Source: Eledone cirrhosa (taxonomy: Eukaryota). From it: DNA of 64,000 bases. Shown here one piece after another: positions 1-11,073 of the stretch. The stretch is from assembly GCA_964016885.1 (NCBI GenBank), contig OZ024741.1, positions 358,794,001 to 358,858,000 on the forward strand, in the 5' to 3' direction. Made by a program: the position numbers and the translations under genes. The notes under the pieces were generated by a model. It ran no database searches. It saw only the letters and a program-made list of their open reading frames with translations, and was not told the DNA's origin. Numbering within the stretch: the first letter of the stretch is position 1; each line of letters opens with the position of its first letter.

Positions 1-539
1 ATTATTATATGCACTCATCCAGTTCCTGCACTTTCCTGACATGTGAAGTTTTGTCAAACAGCTGTTGTAGCCTGTAGAACAGATCTAGCTATCATTCGAC
101 TCCATTTGAAGATCATCTGCTGCCTTCTTTTGGCCTTGTGGCTTTGACGAAAGATTTTGTGTGGCGGATGAGGCTGAAAGAATGGAAAACAACACATTCC
201 TCTTCAGCCAAGCCTTTGTTGACCTTTTCAAATTCCACTTGGAAAGGAAAATGAAGGTGTGAAGTAAGTGCTGCTCCTTGCAGTATATTTGTTGAAAAGT
301 GAATGAATGTAGAGAGAATGATCCTAGTGAATGAACGTACTCTAAGTATGCACCAGTAGAATAGAGGAGAAAGGGACATTTGCTAATTGGAGTGATCTTG
401 GATTTGTGGGGCTCCTTAATTACTCCTGGGTGGTTCTATATCTATTGGGAATTCTATTGTTATTAATTTATTGTTTACTTTATTACATGTTTTTTTCTGT
501 TTACTTGTTTCAGGTAAATCTCCAATGTCCTTGTTTATC

Positions 540-889
540 AACATCATTTTACGTCCATTTTTCCATGTTTGCATTGGTTAGACAAGTTGTCCTGTTGTGG
601 GCAATGCTAGGTCAGGCAACCATGTCTTGCTCATACAGAACTGATTTTGGCTTGGTTTCTACAGCTGGATGCCTTTCCTAATGCCAACCTCATTTACAGT
701 GAGTACTGGGTGTTTTTGTCGTGACACCTATATGACAATTTTACAGTGTGGGCTGGGCACTTTTTGTTGTGTCACCATCACGACCACTTGTCTGAGGTTA
801 ACTTTGCCTTTCATCCTTACAAGGTCGATAAAATAAAGCACCAGTCGTGCACTGGGGTAATTGCTGGCCTTGTGCCAAAAGTAGAAACA

Positions 890-895
<6 letters not shown>
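540..895. mobile_element. RTE-type 3' tail/SINE fragment (-) plus Meta-like SINE 3' part (+)
   Basis: gctggatgcc..cctaa motif shared with RTE 3' ends in this window; gcctttcatcctt..gtcgataaaata SINE core. Confidence 0.7.
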
Positions 896-931
<36 letters not shown>

Positions 932-1665
932 CATTATTACTAGCAGAAAAACAACCCTTTGGGTGGTTTTCTGCTAGCCTGTGTAGTGTGCATATTGATA
1001 TTATACGCAAGTATATATACATGTAGATATGATACATCAAATAAAATCATAATTGACAATATACACAGAAATTAAACGAAGACTGTTACACTGTCTTATG
1101 TAATCAGTAACGTAATCCATTGACGGAAATATATGAATGTTTATTTAAGTGATCGCTAACTGGAAGTATTGACATTTGAAAATTTTAAAGAAGAGAATCT
1201 TAAAACAAGCGACAAAATTATTAATATTTAATCAAGAATAACGAAATTTAGTAGATAAATTATGTAATATTCATTCATTATTTATTCAAAGTAATCCAAG
1301 TTATTTTACAAATGGGATAAAAAGATATATTCTGAACGTTGTCCCGCACTCCTCCCTTTATTATAGTTTAGATTATTGAATTCCTAGCTAAGTTCAAATA
1401 TACATTTGTATATTGGTTAAGAAGCTTAATTCAGCACCATATGAATATGAGTTCAGTCTCAATGCATTGCAGAAATTTTGAGCAGGCACCTTCTGACTGA
1501 ATTTGGTAAACAGAAATTTTAAGAAACCACACCACCATAACCACCTACACCAGTAACACAATCAACCCATCCACCTAACACTAACATCTATAACATCACC
1601 ACCACCAACAACAGCAACAACACACACATAATAAAAGAGATATATATAATAAAGAGATAACTTAC

Positions 1666-1868
1666 AGTGGTGCATTCATCATACTAGTGTTACTAACAAA
1701 ACCATTGGTCAGTCCCAGGAAAAGGATGATTAAGCCTGAAGCATAGTCATTAACAAAGTACACATTGTATGCACGTGGCTGCACATTGCATAACGTTATC
1801 AATGGGATGAATATGATACGCAGTACTGCAAAGAGCAAAAACCATGGCGAGTACCTTGGTTTGAAAAT
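1666..1868 (-). CDS. SLC29A: ENT coding exon 12 (TM9-TM10)
   Basis: ctttcag|[67 protein letters not shown]|gtaag; 203 nt, phase 0 to 2. Confidence 0.95.
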
Positions 1869-2843
1869 CTGAAAGTGGAGATTTAAAAGTTCTTTTAAAT
1901 CATTATTATTATTTCCAATACTTTGTATGTAGTAATGAACCTGTAACTCCTGGTGGAGTCATAGAGGTTTCATAATGACATACAGTGTCTTAGGCATTTT
2001 TACACTTGGCAGAACCCAGCCCCTGTCCATGTCTGAGGAGAGAGAGACAGTGATTGAGAAAAAATAAGAAAGAGATATAGAAGAGGAACTGATTCTAGTA
2101 CTGAATTGGCACTTTTTTATCAACCTTGAAAGGAATAAAAGCAATGGTGACCTAGGTGGGTAGTGAACTCAGAGCAGAGAGAGCTGGAATGAATACCGTA
2201 AAGTATCCTATCCAATGTTTTAAAGAGTCTGCCAATTCACCACTTTCCCAATGTTTTCCTAGTACTTCATTTTATTAACTCTGGAAGGATAAAAATTATT
2301 TCACCATAATAATTTCTTTATCTTTATTTAAATAAATACAAATAAAGAAATTATTGTGAGTATTGTTCTGAGTTCAAATCCTGCTGAGGTCAACTTCGCC
2401 TTTCATCCTTCCAGAGTTGATAAAATTAAGTACCAGTAAAATACTAGAGTTAGTATAATTGACTTTCTCCTTCCCAACAAAATTGCTAGATTTGTGCCTG
2501 CATTAGAAATCATTATTATCATTGTTCTGAGTTCAAATCCTGCCACAGTCAACTTTGCTTTTCATCCTTCCATGGATCAATAAAATAAAGTACCAGTCAA
2601 GTACCCCCACCACTAAGTTGCTGGCCTTGTGCCAAAAGTAGAAATAATTATTATATTATTTTTATTACTACTAGCAGTAGTGGTAGCATTGGTGGTGAAG
2701 GAGGCTTAACAGATTAGACAATACAGAGTCTAACAGAGCAGATAATAAAGGTCTACAGACCAGATGAGCATAATGGATATAGGTTCGTGAATAAAAAAAA
2801 TAAGTGGATGGGTGGGTGGTTGGTCTGATGGATAGATAGATAG

Positions 2844-2898
<55 letters not shown>

Positions 2899-3335
2899 AT
2901 ATATTATATATATATTATATATATATGTGTGTGTGTATGTTGCACTAAACAGAGTGTAATACTACTAATAATAAAGAGGACAAAGTGTTAGATCTTCATT
3001 ACATTATTGAGGTGTGATGCATGTTTCACGATTGATCAGCTCAAGGTTCGATCTGTATTGATCTGGCCCGACTCTGGAATCAAAAGGTTGTCAGGCCAGA
3101 TTGATACAGATTGAACCTTGAGCAGATCAATTGTGAAACATGCATCACACCTCAATAATGTAATGAAGATTTAACACTTTGTTCTCTTTAATGTAATAAA
3201 CACTTCATCCTCTTTATTATTAGTAGTATTACATTCTGCTTAGTAGAACACCAATATACATACTGGAAACTATCCATCACATGCTCACTGTGGTGAACCT
3301 ACAATAACTGGACGGTAAAAAATCCCTAAACTATA

Positions 3336-3370
<35 letters not shown>

Positions 3371-5442
3371 TGGAAACTTGGACATATGAACATTGAGGTA
3401 ATATAGATAGACAATGTTTACTTACAAAATGAGTTTTTCCTGCAATGATTCGCCCCAGTAAATCTGTTACATTGAATACTAAGAAGTTTGTAACTGGGCC
3501 ATAAAAACGATCTGAAAAGAGAAATATTTTATTCATATAAAAGATACAGTTTTGTGTGTGTCCAGTTTAGAATAGGTATACTGTATCTTTGTATGCATCT
3601 GGTTTAGAATAAGTACACTATATCCCTGTGTGTATCTGGTTTAGAATAGGTGCACTATATCCCTGTGTGTATCTGGTTTAGAATAGATGCACTATATCCC
3701 TGTGTGTATCTGGTTTAGAATAGGTGCACAATATCCCTGTGTGTATCTGGTTTAGAATAGATGCACAATATCCCTGTGTGTATCTGGTTTAGAATAGGTG
3801 CACAATATCCCTGTGTGTATCTGGTTTAGAATAGGTGCACTATATCCCTGTGTGTATCTGGTTTAGAATAGGTACACTATATCCCTGTGTCTATCTGGTT
3901 TAGAATAGATGCACAATATCCCTGTGTGTATCTGGTTTAGAATAGATGCACTATATCCCTGTGTGTATCTGGTTTAGAATAGGTGCACTATATCCCTGTG
4001 TGTATCTGGTTTAGAATACGTGCACTATATCCCTGTGTGTATCTGGTTTAGAATACGTGCACTATATCCCTGTGTGTATCTGGTTTAGAATAGATGCACA
4101 ATATCCCTGTGTGTATCTGGTTTAGAATAGGTGCACTATATCCCTGTGTGTATCTGGTTTAGAATAGGTACACAATATCCCTGTGTGTATCTGGTTTAGA
4201 ATAGGTGCACTATATCCCTGTGTGTATCTGGTTTAGAATAGATGCACAATATCCCTGTGTGTATCTGGTTTAGAATAGGTACACTATATCCCTGTGTGTA
4301 TCTGGTTTAGAATAGGTGCACAATATCCCTGTGTGTATCTGGTTTAGAATAGGTGCACTATATCCCTGTGTGTATCTGGTTTAGAATAGATGCACAATAT
4401 CCCTGTGTGTATCTGGTTTAGAATAGGTGCACTATATCCCTGTGTGTATCTGGTTTAGAATAGGTGCACTATATCCCTGTGTGTATCTGGTTTAGAATAA
4501 GTACACTATATCCCTGTGTGTATCTGGTTTAGAATAGATGCACTATATCCCTGTGTGTATCTGGTTTAGAATAGGTACACTATATCCCTGTGTGTATCTG
4601 GTTTAGAATAGGTGCACTATATCCCTGTGTGTATCTGGTTTAGAATACGTGCACTATATCCCTGTGTATCTGGTTTAGAATAGATGCACTATATCCCTGT
4701 GTGTATCTGGTTTAGAATAGGTGCACAATATCCCTGTGTGTATCTGGTTTAGAATAGGTGCACTATATCCCTGTGTGTATCTGGTTTAGAATAGGTGCAC
4801 TATATCCCTGTGTGTATCTGGTTTAGAATAGGTGCACAATATCCCTGTGTGTATCTGGTTTAGAATAGGTATATCTTATCTCTGTATGTATCTGGTTTAG
4901 AAAGATGTGATTATCTTTTAAGTTCCAGATATAAGCTGAAACTGAAGTCATATTCCTTCTTAAAGGAATGTAAGTTTGACATACCCACTACTAGTAAGGC
5001 TTACATAGGGTTCACTGCCAACAGATTTAAGCAGCATGTGTACATGCACTCTCATTCATTTCAAAACCCTTTAAAAATGAATATGACTTCACTTTCAGCC
5101 TATATCTGAAGTTTAAAAGACAATAACATCCCATATAGGTTACACTGGGAGATCTTATCTAAAACGTGTGATCTTTGTGCTGCCAAAGCCCTGGAAATCC
5201 TTTACACCAATGATCGAATCTTAAACAAAAAATCTGAAGCAATTTTGGCTTGTAAGCATAAACTGTATAAAACATTTTTGTATTATAGCACAACATTATA
5301 TCCTAACAGATAGTATGGACACTATGCTGATAATATGATAATATACATTATGATTTAACTAAGAACAATCTAATCTACAAATTTTATTTATTTATATATG
5401 TATAGGTGTATGTATGTGTGTATATATATGTATATATATTTG

Positions 5443-5475
<33 letters not shown>

Positions 5476-8400
5476 AGTATTTACGTATCGAGAAAGAGAG
5501 AAAAAGGAGGGATAGGTGATACATATAGTTATTTGCCAAGTAGCGTATGCCAAAGGTGCTCGATACTAGTGCCGGCAGTATTAAATATTCGAAGTGTTAA
5601 TATTTAGTGGGCTAGAGAGTTAGCAGAGCGTAAGCACGTGGGAAAGTAAAAAATCAGAGAATAGACCGTTAAAACATGTTTATTTAAAATATCACCTACG
5701 TACGTTTCGCCCAGTTGGGCTTCTCAAGGGCATAAATAATCACAAGTGTTCCTTATATAGTTCGGAAAGAGTTTTGGGGGTTAAATCTACATCAAGATTC
5801 ATTGCTCGCAAAAATATCTTATTTTGATTTTGCAGCAGGTCAAGGGAGGTAACTCTGGCCGGTGTTAGGGCAGTCGTTCCCGGATAATTTTTTTTTTTTT
5901 TTTTTTTTTTGCCGCATCCGTTTGTCTGAGGCTGGGTCTGGTATGCAAGGATTGTTTTCTGGGTGTTATTTTGCTGCGCCTGCCCGCCGGGTTGTTATGA
6001 CTTGCAGGGAGATCCAGTGTACTATTTCACTCTTCATTCTTAACCCATCTAAAGAAGGATATTTTTAAGCGATGTGTACAACTTATCGCTGTTTCAGCTC
6101 TGCTGTTGATGAGCTCGTGGGGTGCAGTTATGATGTGGTAGAGCTCCATGAGGCAAAGATCGCATTTCCTCTTGAAGTTGTACGGTGCAGCCCTGCCGAC
6201 AATCTCCCAGTGCGTGGAGAAGCTGATGTTTAAGTCCTTTAGTGATGTGATGTAGTCCGCGAGCGAAGTGGAGTGCCTTAGTTTTCTATTTGTGAAAGAG
6301 TGGAGATGTGTTCGAAACCTAATTTTGAACGGGCCGGAGGTGGCCCCTATATAATGTTTAACGCTATTGTGGCTAGTAATAGTGCATCTATATATAACCC
6401 TATCAGTCAAGCAGTATCCTCTAAGGGGGCAGCGTCCTCTGTCGCAGCAGTTGCAATTTCTGTCGCGGTTCCGTCTATTTCCCACGGTAAGGCTATCATT
6501 GTTGCTGCCTACGTTGTTACCTACGCTACCGCAGCTGTCGTTAGCACAATTACAACCCACAGCACGCGGGATGGTGCGATTGTTATTCCGCACGTCATGT
6601 TCTGCATGTTCCCCAGTCACTTCGCGGTCATTCTGGTTGCGTCTGCGGATGCCGTTGCCAACACTATTGGATGCTGTCAGGGAGTTGTTAAGGCCGATAT
6701 AGTTATTGTCAGGTGTAGGTGTGTCTGTGTCGAGGTGCTGTGTCTTGGTGATCTTACTGTGGTTCGTTGTTCCTATGATGTCTGCTAGGTTAGGAGTAGT
6801 AGAGAAGGATATTTTTATATTGTTCCTATTAAGAATTTTTCTATACCTATGGTTGGGTGGGAAGTTCTCCTCTAAGGCTTCGAAGAATATCCGGGGTATG
6901 TTGGAGGCCACACTTCGAGAGTAGGGGGGGTGGAACCATAGGACGTTACGGTGGCGATTACGTGTCCTTGTACTTTTGCTACGGGTGGTTCCATCTAAGT
7001 GACCGCTCTTATGTGTGTTAATGCGCTGTCGCCCGTTCGGTGCCCCTTTCACTTTATGCTCGGGTGCACTCTTTCTACCTCCTCCATGTTTATGTACAGG
7101 AAGATGTTGGTTGGAAGGTGTTGGTAGTAGGCCGTCGCCTTTGTTGGTTTTGTAATAGGGGAATAGTTTGAGTAATCTACAGTATTCACCATCGCCGGGG
7201 ACGTGATCTTTGGTGCGGTTATCTATTCTATTATATCCGACTTTAACGAGGTCGCCGCGTGATCGGTTATAGGTATGGCTTACTATAACGTTAGTTTTAT
7301 GAGGGGGGTGGTTTCTAGAGCTAGCATTAGGGATGTAGGAAATTCCTCGGTTAAAGCCAGCACTTATCAGGGCCCTATTGTAGTAATCAGCCGCTTGGTT
7401 GAAGATATCCTCATTGGCGGATAGCCTCGAGATTCTATGTGAGATACTATAGACTATGGAGTTGAGAGTCTGCTTAGGGTGGTTGGAGGCATAATTAATA
7501 TAAGAGAGGCACTCTCCAGGCTTATGGTATGGCTTGTATAAGCCCGTACTCAACTCCAGGGTCACGTCCAGGAAGTTGACAACCCTGTGGTTGAGGTCCA
7601 TAGTTACGGATAGGCCATATGACTTAAAGAACCTGTGTATATGTTTGTTAAGGTTCTCTATCCTACGGGGGCTATGGTTCCTAACGGTAAACAGGGAGTC
7701 GTCCCTATATACACCTCCTTGTAGGGCCGGTATTTCTTCCCTAAGCTTATGTAGGAGGTATATCCCAACCAGGTCAGTTGCTTGCGCTGAGTCACTGAAC
7801 CCCATCGTGACATCGAAGTTATCAGGACGGTTGATTCGGGTCCAGTGGGAGCCTTCGAACTGGATAATGGTTCTACGTGCCGCAAGAATTATGTCTATTT
7901 CTTTTTTAGTGAGGCTAGTGTTAGATCAAGCTAAGATAAGTGCCTTATTTAAGAGTATGGGGGAGATAGAGGCATAGTAGCTATCTATATCAAACTGGAT
8001 GAATTTCAGGGTGGCTTTATATATATATGAGACCAAGTAAGTGACGTAGTCACTTCTTTAAAACTCATAGCGAATGTTCTTCAAAATGTTTTAAAATAAA
8101 CATACAGTATATTATCAAATATACTATGATGACTATACATACATTCATACATACATCGCTATTTCAATATTAATTCATAATTTTTGCTGGACTGGCAACC
8201 GCTCTGCTTAATCAGCTCTTAAACAGCCCTCACTGTAAAGTGGTTGTGTAGGTATCACAACAAAAAGCACCCAGCCCACACTATAAAGTGGTCATATATA
8301 AGACACGGCAAAATGCACCCAGTACACACTGTAGCATTAGGAAGGGCATCTAGCTGTAGAAAACCAGTCAGAAACAATCTATATGAGCGAGACACAGTCA

Positions 8401-10062
8401 CCTGACCCAACTTGCCTTCAAATGGGACAAACCTGTCTAAGCCATGCTAGTGTGGAAGATAGACATTAAACGATGATGATGATATATAGTCAAAAGTAGA
8501 AGATATATGTATATATATATAGAGAAAGAACCATAAATCCAGAGATGACAGTATATTGTACATATACTAAATACATATTACAGAGAAGAATATGTATTCA
8601 ACATGGAATCAAAAGAGACCTTATGGAGCCATTTTGTTAACTGTAAACTGATTTAAAATCAATCTATGTGAACGGTTATCAATCATAAACTATTGATTAA
8701 ACCACAGCAGACTAAAAAATATATATATATATATGTCCATGTTTGCTTTTAAATAAAAAGAGATTGATAAAATATATAGTAGACTTGAAAAAAATAAGTG
8801 CTGAAAGCAGTAAAAGATTAAAAGAATTAAGGAATGTGATAATTACTGAACCATCCAAGGTCATAGATTGGCTGAATACTAGAAGAAACGGCAGGGAAAC
8901 AGGACAGGGTTACAGAAAAGTTTAACAGAATTACTAAAGACCATTTCCATATCTGTGGAAATAAAAAAATATTAATTAATAAAACATTTATATATCATAA
9001 CGTTTATATTTCCGTCACTAATCTCATTTTCTTCTTTTTCATTTTTATAATATTTCACCATAATGTCGTTTGTACATAATATCGTCTTTTTTAAATGATT
9101 ACAGAAGACAGTGTAACACAGTCTTCGTTCAATTTCTGTGCATCTTTTCAATTTACGTATCATATCTATATGCATATATATTTGTGAATAATATCAATAT
9201 GTACACTACACATACTAGCAGAAAAATAATAATTGTAGAGATTGAGAAAACAGCAAATAAGGGTTTCACAGTGGATACCAATCTGGTGGAAAAGAGAAAT
9301 GAAAAGTTAGGAAATTACTCTGAGTGTAGGGTGGAAATAGCAAGGATGTGGAACAAAGGGATATACATCATTCATGTAATCATAAGTGCTTTGGGATCAG
9401 ATTTCCACAACTACTTAAAAAAAACTCAAAATAGAGTACGAAGAGAGTACTCCTCAGAAATCAGTGCTTTTAAGGACAGTTCCATCAATTAAATGAGAGA
9501 AAAGCCAGTTGTTCTCCCTCGTTTAACCCTTTAGCATTCATATTACTCTATATATACTATTGTATTTTCATGGTAAATGCTTTATCTCACATAATATCGA
9601 ATCTATGAGATTTTGAAAGTATTTATTTTGAGAACAATACCTTAACATCAGTTTGAGCTACCAGTTACAGCCAGTTTCAACAGAAAGAGGTAGAGAATTC
9701 TGGCCAGTTTTGGCCAGTTTGAACATTAAAGGGTTAAGCTTATGTTAAGCTTGGAGTGGAGATCTAAATAGACAACAGTAACATCTAAAGCTGTGAAAAG
9801 GAGATAATAATAAGGATGTTTTTATTGGCCACAAGGGCCCAAGACAGCAGGGACAATACAAGTACAAAACAAAAAAATACAGTGGGTTTACATCAAGTAA
9901 AGGAGAGGAGACATCACCGAAGTGTAAACAGTAGATATAACAATAATAGGACAAGTGTCCGTAACGTTAAGACTCTTTTTCTACTTTATCAAGCATAAAA
10001 CTAATATATTTTTTCATTGTACTGTGTCGTTTGCTTTGTTATTTCTATTTGCCTTATGCATG

Positions 10063-10093
<31 letters not shown>

Positions 10094-11032
10094 TTTGCAA
10101 GAGATATCAACATGAATGGATCTGTTATTTTTATCTGAAGACATTTTTTCCAATTCCAACCCGCCTGTCCCCTCAATCTATCTTATTTCTCATTCTTTCT
10201 TCTGATGAAGGACTAGCGTCTGAAACGTTAAGACCCTCTTCCTGCTATATCAAGCGTTAACCTAAATATCCCTTCTATATACTGTACCGATTGTGTTGTT
10301 ATTTCTGTTTACCTTTTACATATATATATATATATATATATCAAAAGTAGAACTATACAAACAATTCTCAGAGGAAAGTAGAGAATTAAAAAGAAATTAA
10401 AATTCCTCCATTAATACTCTTGTTTATTTATATATATATATTATATATATATATATATATATTTAATCACATAATAAACAACACAATATAATTATTCCAT
10501 TACCAAAGGTTTCAGGAAATTAGACAATCTTAACAGAAATGTCTGGTACACCCATCAGATGAAATATTTATGTTCTTTCCTTTACCTTTTTTACAAAAAT
10601 ACACAACACCCATATATCTATATCTCTCTCTCTCTCTTTATATATATATATATATATATATACTCATACATGGAACAAAAGCACTACCTAAGGTTTCAAG
10701 GCCCAATATTGACCATATCTCCAGATTGTATGTAAGCGGGATCAAATTTGTGACCTAGCCTTCAGGCACTTGGATGAGTTTGAAGATACCGTTAAACATA
10801 TAGCATGTTAACAGTTTGTTAATGAAAACGTAATATAACAAAGGAATTGAGTAGTATAGAAGGTGTGTATTATATAAGTGTCGATAAAGATATTAGAAAA
10901 ATATATAAATCAATATTAAGGTGGTTGAAAATCAGTTGAATTTGTTGAGTGTTTCCACTTAGCAAAGAGTTAGGCTTTACGATGTAGACATCCTCTAAAA
11001 AATTTTTTATATACAATATATATATGTTTATG

Positions 11033-11073
<41 letters not shown>

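Larger units (their letters stand above)
5480..8020 (-). mobile_element. Penelope-like retroelement (Naiad-type), 5'-truncated
   Basis: RT (FDIDSYY, FDVTMG, YRDD, FLDVTL) plus CNC..C...G.C Cys knuckle plus C-terminal GIY-YIG; 3' pLTR with hammerhead-like motif; flanked by (TA)n. Confidence 0.9.

Noticed and set aside
1-1665. Final TM11 exon of the ENT
   Set aside because: No phase-2 exon with an E.AG..M...L..GL..GS-like sequence found; presumably outside the window
5760-6030. SECIS element for the Naiad-type ORF
   Set aside because: An ATGA is present but no convincing stem with the opposing GA quartet is visible
6300-7977. Plus-strand ORFs overlapping the PLE
   Set aside because: Antisense shadows of a GC-rich coding frame
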